From Gammaproteobacteria bacterium (lineage in GTDB: Bacteria; Pseudomonadota; Gammaproteobacteria; Ga0077536), in contig JACKNH010000015.1 in NCBI GenBank assembly GCA_024234975.1, positions 20,733 to 84,732 on the forward strand: 64,000 nucleotides of DNA, given 5' to 3'. How positions within the stretch are numbered: position 1 is the first letter of the stretch; every line of letters begins with the position of its first letter. Below the pieces are notes generated by a model. It worked only from the letters and a program-made list of their open reading frames with translations, did no database searches and was not told the origin of the DNA. Below are positions 1 through 9,955 of this stretch, piece by piece. The position numbers were made by a program, and so were the translations under genes.

Positions 1-1
1 C

Positions 2-3000
2 GTTGATATCGACGCCGCAGGCACGCTGACGGTAAAGGCGGAATCGGAAGAAGCGTTCATCAGCGGCACGGTCAGCGGCGCTGTTTCCGGCATGGCCGGT
101 ATTGCCGGTGCGCTGGCGGTCAAGGTCGTCGCTTCGGATACGCAGGCGTATATCGGCGATTACGCCGCGGTCAACCAGCGCCTGAACGGCGCGACGCAGG
201 ACGTCAACGTGCTGGCCGATGACACCGTCACGATTCACGGCGAGAGCGGCGCCGCCGCCCAGGGCAGCATCGCGGCAGTGGGCGCGACGGCCGAAATCAG
301 CATCGTCAGAAACACCACGGCGGCGTTCCTCGGCGAACATACCGAACTCGCAGCGGATCGCGATCTGCTCATCGACGCCACCTCGACCAAGAACACCCAG
401 GCCGCGGCGCTGGCCGCCAGCGGCAGTATTTCAGTGGGCATCAGTGGCGCGGTCGCGCTGGCAAGTGTCGGCGCCAGTCTTGACCAGCAGTCGCAGGACA
501 GCCTGCGTGATCCGAGCAGCGGCGGCAATGTCGCCGATTACGCGGACAGCCGCATGCGCGATGACCAGGTGTCGGGCCAACTTGGCGATTCCGAACATGT
601 CGCGTCAACCAGGACACAGCTTGGCCAGCAATTGGGCGGGCTGGATGTCGGCGGACAGCTGAACGAATCCTCCGGCAGTTCGCTGGACAAGACCCGCGCC
701 TACGTTGGCGCCGGCAGTGTCATCGATACCGGCCGCCATGCCAGCGTCATCGCCACAGATACGGTGAAGGTCGATCTGACCGCGGTTGGCGCCAGCGTCG
801 GCCTCGCCGGAATCGGCGGCGCCGTGGGCGTCGGCCTGGTCAACTCGACGGTGGAAGCATTCGTCAACGACGGCACTATCGTTAACGCCGGTGGCAATGT
901 GCTCATCCATGCGGCGTCGACCGATCTCGATGCCGATGGTTCGAATGTCCGCGCAACCGCGGGCGCCGGTGGTGTCGTTGGGGCGAGCGCGGCGGTCGCG
1001 GTGCTGACCGACAGCAGCGTGGTCCAGAGTTACCTCGACAATGGCAGTGAAGTCCGCAGTGCGATCGACCTGGCGGTGACCGCCAGTACGCACCACCTGT
1101 CGCGTACGTATTCGCTGGGCGCCAGCGCCGGCGCGCTCGCGATTGGCGCGTCCGTTTCGTATAGCGGTTTTACCGGTACGACTTCCGCCTATCTGGGCGA
1201 TGCAGTGCTGATTGGACAGGCCAACGGGAGCACGGTGAACACCGTGACCGTCGCCGCGGACGACGGCTCGCGGGCGCAAGCGCTGGCGGTAGCCGGCACC
1301 GCGGGTATCCTCAGCGGTTCGGGCGCCGTGGCCGATGCCACGGCCACTAACGAAGTCAGCGCCTTCACCGGCTCCGACACCCGTATCCATACGCAGGGCG
1401 CCACCGAAATTGCCGCGACCGCCACACCCGGTGCGCAGACCGATGCGCTCGGCGTCAATGTCGGCGCCGGCGCAGTGGGCGCGTCGATCTCCACCGCCAG
1501 TGTCGAAGTCGATACGGCAGCAATACTCGGTGTGCGTAATGTCATCCAGGCGGCGCAGCTCGATATCAATGCAACGCGCAATATCGGTGGCGATTCAACC
1601 ACGCTGGCACGCGCGATGGGTGCGGCGGGCGGCTTGCTGCTGGGCGCCAATGCCACGCTCGCGCAGGCGCAGACCGCCGGTGATACACAAGCCAGCGTCG
1701 GCAACAACAGCACGTTGAACGTCAGCGGCACGACGACCGTCAATGCCAACAGCCATTCCTTGCAGGCGGCATCCGGTACCGGTGTTGCCACCGGCTACGT
1801 TGCGCTGGGCGCGGACGTGACGTTGGCCGGATCATCCGGCACAACGACGGCGATGCTGGGCAATAGCGTGACGGTGACCGGCAATGAACTGCAGGTGCTG
1901 GCCAACAGCAGCGACACCAACTACGCCCTGGGTATTGCCGGCGCGGGCGGCGTGGTCTCGGCGCCGTTCTCGTATTCCTCCACCAGCGATTCCAGCGATA
2001 CCTGGGCCAGCACCGGCAGCGGCGACGCCAGCCATGTGATCGACGTGACCACCGCCGTCATCGAATCCCGCCACACGGCGGACTTCGATAGCTGGATGAT
2101 CAACGGCAACGCGTCGCTCATCGGTGTCAGTGGCGCGCAGGTCACCAACGAGGTGGTGTCGACGGTGACTACCGCTGTGGCCAGTAACGGTCGTATCGAA
2201 GCCGACAACATTGCCATCGGCGCCGATAACATCGTGCTGAAGCACGGGCCTGCAATCATTCCGGGCTTGAACGTGTTCAACCCCGGTTGGAACGTCTACT
2301 CCATTTCCGGTGGCCTGGCGGACGTGCCCGCGGCCGACAGCGTCACTTCGCTCGCCACCATTACGCTGGTGGACGTCGGCAACAATGCGCGGCTGACCCA
2401 GACCGGCAATGCCGCCGCACCCGGCAATTTCAACCTCCGTGCGCAGAACGACATCGATGCCACCGACCGCGTCACCATGACTTCCGGCGGCGCGGTTTCC
2501 GCCGCGAGTGCACGCTCGGCGATAGAAGCCGGCGATGCTGTCAGCACAGTTTCCATCGGCGATGGTGCAACACTGCGTTCGCTTGGTGTTATTGAAATCG
2601 AAGCGGGCACCACCGCCGATATCAGTACCCAGGCGGCCGTGGATGTGTACGGCCTGGTCGGCGTCGCGCCGTTCGGCGAAACGGTGTCGCGCATCGAAAC
2701 CGACAACGCCGTCGTTATCGGTACCGGCGCACAACTGGAATCCGAGCGCGACATCCTGGTCGCGGCATGGTCGGGCAGCGACAACAGCCTCGACAGCCTG
2801 CATCTCAATGCCCGCACCGACGTGTACAACAATACGGTGATACCGGTCTCGCGTAATCCGGTGGCCGATGCGATCGCCAATACCACGAGTACCGTCACCA
2901 TCAGTAGCGGCGCGGACCTGTCCGCGGTGCGTAACGTCGAGCTCACGGCAGGCGAGGGCGCGGTACAAGGTGTCGGCGTCGGTGTCGGCAAGGACGTCTA

Positions 3001-6000
3001 TCGCGAAGTCGCGGCCGAAATTGCCAGCGCGTTCAGCGAAGCATTCGGCGGCGATCCGGTTTCGTTTGAAACCCGCACCGGCACCACCGCGTTCAAGCAG
3101 GATTCGACGGTGGCGGTCGCCGGCGAGGTGCATGTGGGCACCAACCGCCAGCAGACGCTGACCATCGGTATGGACTACACCCAGGCCGAGCACACCGACG
3201 GTATCAATATCGAAGCGATCACCGTGCGCAGCGTGGTCGAGGACATCCTGCAGCGGATCAATGATCTGCGCGAACTGATCCGTGAGTACAAGGTTGACGA
3301 CACCAACTCCGATGCCGGTATTGCAGTGGCCGCCTACGAAGCCGAAGTGCGTTTCCTCGAGCATAAGCTCGACGAGATGGGTTACGGCGAGCCGGGCTTC
3401 TACAACAACGCCACGGTCAGCCCGCTACAGGCGGCACAGGATGCGGTGACTGCGCTGACATCCACGCGATCGAACCAGCAGAGCGACAAAGCCGGTCTCG
3501 AGGCCGCCAACCTGCAGTTGAACATTGACCTGGCGGCGGAACAGACCAACAACGGCAATATCCAGACCGATATCGGCAATCTCGACAGCAACGATCCGAA
3601 CTATGCGACCGATCTCGCTGATCTGCAGGCGGACCTGGCGGTGTCGGATGGCTTGATCCAGCAATACAACACCGACATCACACAGAACGATACCGATATC
3701 GGCGACCTGACGACCTCCATCGCAGATCTCACGCTACTCATCGATGATCTGAATACAGATATCGGCAACAACGTTTACAGCAGTGCCGTGCCGGCAGGTC
3801 CGCTGGTCACCGAGTTGACGGTCAGCCCGGCCTCCGCGCAGCTCGGCAACATCTATATCCGTGGTGACCGGCTGCAAGGCAACGGCCAGCTCGATGCACC
3901 GGGCGATGCGGAGATCCGCGTCACCAACAACAGCCCGTACTTCTTGCGCCTGCAGGATCTGGAGATTCCGACTGATGCCGGCGGCGCCATCTATTTCAAC
4001 AGCGTCGAAGTCGAGGATAACGCCCGCATCAACGCAATCAATGGCTCAGGTGCGGCTGCGTTCACGCTGACCACGGCGGAAGGCCAGTCCGCCGGCGAAC
4101 CGGCGATCATCGTGCAGAGCAATTTCAATCCGCTGGATAACTTCTGGCTGACCCAGGTGCCGGCGGACGTACCGGCGCTGGCGCCGGAAATCATTGTCGA
4201 TGGCGCGCTCAGCAACGTCCGTGGTCTTGTGCGCGTGGTCAGCGAAGCCGGCACGATACGTCTGACCGGCAACGCGTCGATTCGCGCCAACCGGGTGGAA
4301 GTGGCGGCGAACAACGGTGATTTCATTCAGAGCTACAGCGACGGCTTCTACAACACCGGTGGTTCGGTGCTGTCGATGACCCAGGTCAATGGCCTGGACA
4401 CGATCACCTACACCGCGGAAACCGCTGGCAGTGGCATCGTCGCCAACGGCAGCGTGTTGTTGGCCGCGCGTTACCTCAATATCAATGGCATCGTGCAAAG
4501 CGGTGTGCCGGAGTGGGGCGTGCTGATCCCGGCCAATGCCACGGTCACGATTGGCAATGGCAGTGGCTCGTTTGCCCAAGCCGTGCAGGACTACAACGCC
4601 AAGAGCCCCGCGCAGCAGGCCGTGGCCGGTGCGGAATTCTATGACGTCGTCGGCCCGACCACTGCGGGATTGTCGGGTAATACACAAGGCGAGTGGGTGA
4701 ATGTCGGCGTGCGCTTCAACGCCAGGGAAAACCGGCTGGAACTGACCGGAGTGCAGGTGCAGGGCGGCTACATCGAACTGTTCGGTCAGATATTCAACAC
4801 CAACGATCCGGGCAATGCCGCTTCCGGCGCCGGACGGCTGCGCGTCATGGATGGTTACGGTCAGGTCAAGGTGGATAACCAGACCAGCATGCCGCTGTGG
4901 TTGAACACGCTGGACACCGGGCGCGGCGTCAATGGTGAAATCAACATCACCAATATTTCCGGTCTGGATGCGCAAGGCAACCCGGTGGTGACCACCACGC
5001 ACTACGAGCGTGCGCCAGGTGCGGCCCGCACCGGTTACAGTTTCTCACCGCAGACCAACCTGCGTTACTCGATGACCGTCGGCGCCGACAGTCGTACCGA
5101 TCAGTTCTATCGCTACTGGAGCACGTCATTCTTCGGTATCGCGCAATTGAGCACGATTCCCAATCTGGCGGATTACCGACTGTCCAGTTCGACCACCAAT
5201 GATCCGTTGTCGCGTGGCGAATTCCTCGGCGTATTGACCAACTCGCCAACCACCCACACCAACACGCGCACGGAAACCGTCGGCGCCAACAGCGTGTTGA
5301 CGCCGGGCCGGAGCTGGATGGAGTGCAACTGGTGGTCGCTGTGCGTGACGCAGACCTATTATCAGGAATTCGCCATCACCAGCAGTTCCAAGCAAATCAA
5401 GACCACCAGTGTGAAGGCCGACTATCCGATCGCCATCGAGTACATCGGGTTCGACCAGGGTGCGGTCGATATCCATTCGGCCGGTGACATCATCGTTGGC
5501 GGTTCGATCAACAACCGCAATGGCGATACCGCGCTGGTATCGACGGCAGGTTCGATTCTGCAGGCGGGCGATCTGCCCATCGTCAATGGCAACAACACTT
5601 CGCTGGAGGCAGCGCTTGGCATCGGCAACAGCGGCCAGGCACTGCAGGTCAACACCGCTGACGGTGGCCGGCTGGACGCCGCGGTGGCCGCGGGCGGCTT
5701 GTATGTCGACGAAGTGTTGGGTGACCTGCGGATCGGTTTGATCGGTGGCGCCAATGCCGACGTGGTCAGCGTTGCTGCCGATGGCTCGCTGCTGAATGAC
5801 GATCCGAATTCGCTGGTGCAAGGGCTGCGCGTCGACCTGCTGTCGCGCAATGGCGGCATCGGTGAACTCACCGCCACCACCAATGACCCGGTGATCGTCC
5901 GCACCGGCTACAGCGCCAACCAGGCGTTGTGGCCGACGCTCGGACTGACCGCCACCGCGCGCGACAACATCACCATTGCCAATGTTGCTGATAACGCGAA

Positions 6001-9000
6001 CGCGGCGGACTTCACGGGGAATCTGCTGGTCAACGCGGTTCAGTCACTGTCCGGTGATGTCTACCTGGAAACCGCTGGCAGCGTCATCGACAATAACCCT
6101 TACGCGACTACCGATACCCGTACCCAACAGGAACTGGCCGCGCTGTGGGATGAGTTGCGCCTGCGCGGCGCACCGTCGCAGGACAAGGCTGATGAAGCGG
6201 TGGCCGCATTCGAAGCCAATCGCGAAGCCAGCTACCAACTCTACTGGCAGTTGCGCCGCCGCCAGAGTGACAGCGGCGCGGTCTATGACCCGGCATTCCA
6301 GTATCGCGTGACAACGACTGAACGCGATGCATTGCTTGCATCCGGCATGGATTCCGCGGCGATCAGCCAGTTCGAGAACGCTCGAACCGAGCAGTATCAC
6401 CTCCTGAATGAAGACGTCGGTGCGTTGACAGCCGGTTACGAAGCCACGTTTACCTATTCTGCCAGCGTCGACGAACAGGCGGCCATCCGTCAGGGCTCGA
6501 GCTGGAGCGATGCGCAGCTGTTGTTGCCGATTGGCGCCGGCCTGCTGAAGGGTGTGACCGACACCGTGACAACGATCAAGAATCCAAACGTGGTCGGTAA
6601 TAACGTGACGCTGGTGGCGACCGGCGCCATCGGATCCACCGATGCGCCGCTGGATATCGATTTCAGTGTCGGCGTCAACGCCATCACCGATGCCCAGAAG
6701 GCTGCACTGGCCGCCGCCGAGCGGGGCGATGCAACGGTCAATGGCACCGTGGTCACGATTACCCAGCCACGCCCGGTGAATGTCACCGTCGGTCAGGGTG
6801 CATTGAATGCCAGCGCGCTGGCGGGTGTTGCCTACGTCGGCTCCGAGCACGATCTCCGATTGGATCAGGTGACGGCAACCGACGAGGTCCGCATCAAGAC
6901 GGCCGGATCACTGGTGAACGCGGGGGCAACTCCGAACACGACCAATGTCAGTGGCAGCCGCATCATCCTCGAAGCCGCCACCGGTGGTATCGGCTCACTG
7001 CCCGATGCCAACGGCGTTGTCCAGAGCGCGTTGCTGATTATGCCGGGCGCAGGCGAAGGCCTGATTGCCCGCGCCTCGGACGATATCTGGCTGAGCTTGC
7101 CCGGTGATGTGAGCGTTGATACGATTTTCTCACTGCACGATATCCGCCTGGATGTGGAAGGCTCGATCATCGACTTCCAGGCTGCCGAATCCGCGTTGGC
7201 GCCTGATCTCAACCTGCGCGGCGCGAACATCCACCTCACATCACTTACCGGCAGCATCGGTGCGATCACCAATGCGCTGGATGTCGGTGTCAACGCCGAC
7301 GGTTTGCTGAACGCTGTCACTCTGGGTCAGGGCGCCACCGTCGCCGGCATCTACCTGCATGCGCCGCTGGGCGAGCATCTGAATCTCGGCACCTTGACCA
7401 GTGCCGATGCGTTGAATGTTTCGGCGCAAGGCGATGCGCGGGTGGCGGGTGTGCTGTCGGCGCCGGCATCCATCACGTTGTCCACCGCCGGCCTGTTGTC
7501 GCTGGGGCAGGATGCCGTCCTGCACTCGACGGTTGGCGACATCATTCTCGTCAGCAACGGCTTGATCATGGAGGATGCCGGAGACTTCCTGCAGGCCGCT
7601 CTGATCGACGCCGAACTCGGCGAAGTGGATGCGCAGAGCGAGGGTGATATCCGCGTCACCCGCATTCGCGCCGGCGGCCGCGCACGACTGAACGCTGCGG
7701 GATCGCTGCTCGGCGCAGGCCAACTGGCGGCGCCGCACCTCAAGGCTGGAACGCTGGCATTGACGGCCACCCAGGGCAGTATCGGTGCTGAAGACGAAGA
7801 GGCACTACGCATCGAAATCGCCAGCGGCGGTGCGCTGATGGCCACGGCGGCGACCGATGCACGCTTCATCGCGAACGGTGATGTCGCTGTCACCAGCATC
7901 ACAGCGACGGACAATGTGCTGCTGGACGCCAGCGGCGCCATCGTCGATACGGACACTGCCGATCCTGCTTCTTCCATCGACATCGCCGCAACGAACGTCA
8001 TTCTTCGCGCCGGTGGCAGCCTCGGCGCCGCCGACAACACACTTGATCTCGCCATCACCGATGGCGGCACGATCGCGGCCAGCGGCGCTGGTGTTTATCT
8101 CTACATGCCGGCAGCGGCTGCATTCACCACCAGCGATGTCATCAGCACCGCGGCGCTGACCATGACCACAGGGGGTGATCTGACCATCGCAGGCGCATTC
8201 ACGGCGACAGACGCGATTGATCTGCTCGCGGACGGCTTGCTGGAGATGACGGTGGATGCGTTCACGCATACGGTCGATGGCGATATCGTCGTCCGCGCGG
8301 CGGGTTTGACAATGAGCGACGCGAACGACGGTCAGCATGCCGCGCAGCTGGTGGCCGACACCGGCACCATCGATGTGGAAGTCACCGGCGATGCTCGCAT
8401 CACCGGAATGGCGTCCGGTAATGGCACTGTGGATGCCGTACGCATCGTCAGTACCGCTGGCGGTATCTTCGACAACGGCGATACGCGCCTGGATATCATC
8501 GCCGACACGCTGCCGGAAGCGACACTGACGCTGTCGGCGGCGTTGGGTATCGGCAGCAATCCGTTGGAAGTGCGCTTGCTGAATCTGGTCGCCGAGGCCG
8601 GCGAAGAAATCGGCCTGGCCGCGGATTCACCGGTCAACATCGTTTCGCTGACTGCCGGCGGCGATGTCGGTTTGCAAGCGACGGGCGACATTACCGGCAC
8701 CGGCGTCACCAGCGCCAATGGCAGTATTGCGCTGACCTCCACTGGCGGTGACATCGCGCTGGAAGACATTTTCGGCGCGGGTGACGTCAGTGTTACAGGC
8801 GCCGCGGATGTCGCTGTTGTCACGATCGTGGCCGGCGGGAACGCCGACGTCATGGCAGGCTCGGATATCAACGGGGAGTCCGTCACTGCCGGCGGTGATG
8901 TCGCGTTGGGCAGTAGGGCGGGTGACATTACGTTGGACGGCGTCAGCGGTGGCGGAAACGTCAACGTCGATGGCGCAGCCGACGTGTCAATCAACATGGT

Positions 9001-9955
9001 GGATGCCGGCGGCGCCGCGGCGTTCATGGCCGGTGGCGGCTTCAGCAGCCAGGCGGTTACGGCCGTGGGTGACATCAACATGGTCACGGCCACCGGTGAC
9101 GTCAGCGTCAATGAAGTGCGCAGTGGTGGTGACGTCGTTGTCGATGCCGGTGGCATGCTGGACGTTGCCGCACTCAGTGCCAGTGGTGACGTGCAGCTGG
9201 CCGCAGGCGCCGACATCGTCGGGGGTGTGGTCAGCAGCGGCGGCGCAGCGGCAATGGCATCCGCGACCGGACAAATCCTGTTCGATGATATCAGTGCCGC
9301 CAACGCTGTTACGCTGAGCGCGCCGCTGGCGATCGATGTTGCGCTCATCACGCTCGGCGGCGACCTCACGCTGGCCAGCGACCTGATCGATTTCACGGCC
9401 GTTGCCAGTGGCAACGCCGTCATGGGTGGCCGGATCACCGGATTCGACGGCGGGCCGGCGACGCAGGTGACCGCGGCTTTTGATGTGCCGGGCGGTGTGG
9501 CGCTGACGCAATTCAGTACCGCAGATGGCACCGTGCAGATGTTGTCCGGTGAGCTGTCCATCGCCAACCTGCTGGTGCTCAACCGCCTGACCATCAGCAA
9601 CGATCTGACCCACGTGTTGATCGAACAGAACTCTCGTGCGCTGGAATCGTTCGACATCCAGTTGTACAGCGGAGCGACGCCGTTCTCGCTGGCGTTGTCG
9701 GCAAACCGCCTGTTCACCAGCAGCCTGGTCATCGCGCGCAACCCACGGTTCCAGATTACGACGCCGTTCGGTTATAACGCCGGTGTGAGTGCGTTGGAGG
9801 AAGCGTTTGCCGCATTGGCCGAGGCGCTGCGTGGGCAGGTGCGCGAGGAGCAGCAGCGCGATGACGTTGAGGGCGACGTGTCGGTCGTAGGTGACGGCGT
9901 TTGGTTGGGGTTGATTGACGAATGTTCAGAGGAAGACGGGGCTGCATGCCGATGA
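2..9955 (+). CDS. Giant TpsA-type filamentous adhesin/hemagglutinin-like exoprotein, 3' portion (5' end lies upstream of the window)
   Basis: Frame 2 is open from nt 2 (VDIDAAGTLTVKAESEE...), so the ORF-track Met at 92 is internal. The visible part is 3,287+ aa and rich in Gly/Ala/Val/Thr/Asp. The N-terminal third consists of ~50-60 aa repeats such as AGIGGAVGVGLVNSTVEAFV, GAGGVVGASAAVAVLTDSSVVQSYL and GAGAVGASISTASVEVDTAAIL, typical of beta-helical two-partner-secretion passengers. A TpsB gene follows immediately and overlaps it. Confidence 0.85.
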   Translation, partial: VDIDAAGTLTVKAESEEAFISGTVSGAVSGMAGIAGALAVKVVASDTQAYIGDYAAVNQRLNGATQDVNVLADDTVTIHGESGAAAQGSIAAVGATAEISIVRNTTAAFLGEHTELAADRDLLIDATSTKNTQAAALAASGSISVGISGAVALASVGASLDQQSQDSLRDPSSGGNVADYADSRMRDDQVSGQLGDSEHVASTRTQLGQQLGGLDVGGQLNESSGSSLDKTRAYVGAGSVIDTGRHASVIATDTVKVDLTAVGASVGLAGIGGAVGVGLVNSTVEAFVNDGTIVNAGGNVLIHAASTDLDADGSNVRATAGAGGVVGASAAVAVLTDSSVVQSYLDNGSEVRSAIDLAVTASTHHLSRTYSLGASAGALAIGASVSYSGFTGTTSAYLGDAVLIGQANGSTVNTVTVAADDGSRAQALAVAGTAGILSGSGAVADATATNEVSAFTGSDTRIHTQGATEIAATATPGAQTDALGVNVGAGAVGASISTASVEVDTAAILGVRNVIQAAQLDINATRNIGGDSTTLARAMGAAGGLLLGANATLAQAQTAGDTQASVGNNSTLNVSGTTTVNANSHSLQAASGTGVATGYVALGADVTLAGSSGTTTAMLGNSVTVTGNELQVLANSSDTNYALGIAGAGGVVSAPFSYSSTSDSSDTWASTGSGDASHVIDVTTAVIESRHTADFDSWMINGNASLIGVSGAQVTNEVVSTVTTAVASNGRIEADNIAIGADNIVLKHGPAIIPGLNVFNPGWNVYSISGGLADVPAADSVTSLATITLVDVGNNARLTQTGNAAAPGNFNLRAQNDIDATDRVTMTSGGAVSAASARSAIEAGDAVSTVSIGDGATLRSLGVIEIEAGTTADISTQAAVDVYGLVGVAPFGETVSRIETDNAVVIGTGAQLESERDILVAAWSGSDNSLDSLHLNARTDVYNNTVIPVSRNPVADAIANTTSTVTISSGADLSAVRNVELTAGEGAVQGVGVGVGKDVYREVAAEIASAFSEAFGGDPVSFETRTGTTAFKQDSTVAVAGEVHVGTNRQQTLTIGMDYTQAEHTDGINIEAITVRSVVEDILQRINDLRELIREYKVDDTNSDAGIAVAAYEAEVRFLEHKLDEMGYGEPGFYNNATVSPLQAAQDAVTALTSTRSNQQSDKAGLEAANLQLNIDLAAEQTNNGNIQTDIGNLDSNDPNYATDLADLQADLAVSDGLIQQYNTDITQNDTDIGDLTTSIADLTLLIDDLNTDIGNNVYSSAVPAGPLVTELTVSPASAQLGNIYIRGDRLQGNGQLDAPGDAEIRVTNNSPYFLRLQDLEIPTDAGGAIYFNSVEVEDNARINAINGSGAAAFTLTTAEGQSAGEPAIIVQSNFNPLDNFWLTQVPADVPALAPEIIVDGALSNVRGLVRVVSEAGTIRLTGNASIRANRVEVAANNGDFIQSYSDGFYNTGGSVLSMTQVNGLDTITYTAETAGSGIVANGSVLLAARYLNINGIVQSGVPEWGVLIPANATVTIGNGSGSFAQAVQDYNAKSPAQQAVAGAEFYDVVGPTTAGLSGNTQGEWVNVGVRFNARENRLELTGVQVQGGYIELFGQIFNTNDPGNAASGAGRLRVMDGYGQVKVDNQTSMPLWLNTLDTGRGVNGEINITNISGLDAQGNPVVTTTHYERAPGAARTGYSFSPQTNLRYSMTVGADSRTDQFYRYWSTSFFGIAQLSTIPNLADYRLSSSTTNDPLSRGEFLGVLTNSPTTHTNTRTETVGANSVLTPGRSWMECNWWSLCVTQTYYQEFAITSSSKQIKTTSVKADYPIAIEYIGFDQGAVDIHSAGDIIVGGSINNRNGDTALVSTAGSILQAGDLPIVNGNNTSLEAALGIGNSGQALQVNTADGGRLDAAVAAGGLYVDEVLGDLRIGLIGGANADVVSVAADGSLLNDDPNSLVQGLRVDLLSRNGGIGELTATTNDPVIVRTGYSANQALWPTLGLTATARDNITIANVADNANAADFTGNLLVNAVQSLSGDVYLETAGSVIDNNPYATTDTRTQQELAALWDELRLRGAPSQDKADEAVAAFEANREASYQLYWQLRRRQSDSGAVYDPAFQYRVTTTERDALLASGMDSAAISQFENARTEQYHLLNEDVGALTAGYEATFTYSASVDEQAAIRQGSSWSDAQLLLPIGAGLLKGVTDTVTTIKNPNVVGNNVTLVATGAIGSTDAPLDIDFSVGVNAITDAQKAALAAAERGDATVNGTVVTITQPRPVNVTVGQGALNASALAGVAYVGSEHDLRLDQVTATDEVRIKTAGSLVNAGATPNTTNVSGSRIILEAATGGIGSLPDANGVVQSALLIMPGAGEGLIARASDDIWLSLPGDVSVDTIFSLHDIRLDVEGSIIDFQAAESALAPDLNLRGANIHLTSLTGSIGAITNALDVGVNADGLLNAVTLGQGATVAGIYLHAPLGEHLNLGTLTSADALNVSAQGDARVAGVLSAPASITLSTAGLLSLGQDAVLHSTVGDIILVSNGLIMEDAGDFLQAALIDAELGEVDAQSEGDIRVTRIRAGGRARLNAAGSLLGAGQLAAPHLKAGTLALTATQGSIGAEDEEALRIEIASGGALMATAATDARFIANGDVAVTSITATDNVLLDASGAIVDTDTADPASSIDIAATNVILRAGGSLGAADNTLDLAITDGGTIAASGAGVYLYMPAAAAFTTSDVISTAALTMTTGGDLTIAGAFTATDAIDLLADGLLEMTVDAFTHTVDGDIVVRAAGLTMSDANDGQHAAQLVADTGTIDVEVTGDARITGMASGNGTVDAVRIVSTAGGIFDNGDTRLDIIADTLPEATLTLSAALGIGSNPLEVRLLNLVAEAGEEIGLAADSPVNIVSLTAGGDVGLQATGDITGTGVTSANGSIALTSTGGDIALEDIFGAGDVSVTGAADVAVVTIVAGGNADVMAGSDINGESVTAGGDVALGSRAGDITLDGVSGGGNVNVDGAADVSINMVDAGGAAAFMAGGGFSSQAVTAVGDINMVTATGDVSVNEVRSGGDVVVDAGGMLDVAALSASGDVQLAAGADIVGGVVSSGGAAAMASATGQILFDDISAANAVTLSAPLAIDVALITLGGDLTLASDLIDFTAVASGNAVMGGRITGFDGGPATQVTAAFDVPGGVALTQFSTADGTVQMLSGELSIANLLVLNRLTISNDLTHVLIEQNSRALESFDIQLYSGATPFSLALSANRLFTSSLVIARNPRFQITTPFGYNAGVSALEEAFAALAEALRGQVREEQQRDDVEGDVSVVGDGVWLGLIDECSEEDGAACR

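Noticed and set aside
605-9741. Many long antisense or off-frame ORFs inside the giant tpsA gene (e.g. 1832..3364 -, 4046..5002 -, 8332..9741 -, 6044..6850 -).
   Set aside because: They are typical stop-codon-poor alternative frames of a 65%-GC repetitive gene. Their translations are Arg/Ala/Gly/Pro-rich low-complexity sequence without motifs, while the + strand frame has a coherent adhesin repeat architecture and a cognate TpsB.
9480-9955. CdiA-type contact-dependent inhibition toxin with immunity gene.
   Set aside because: There is no VENN or pre-toxin motif in the visible sequence. The gene order is tpsA-tpsB rather than cdiBAI, and tpsB overlaps the stop codon, which leaves no immunity ORF.
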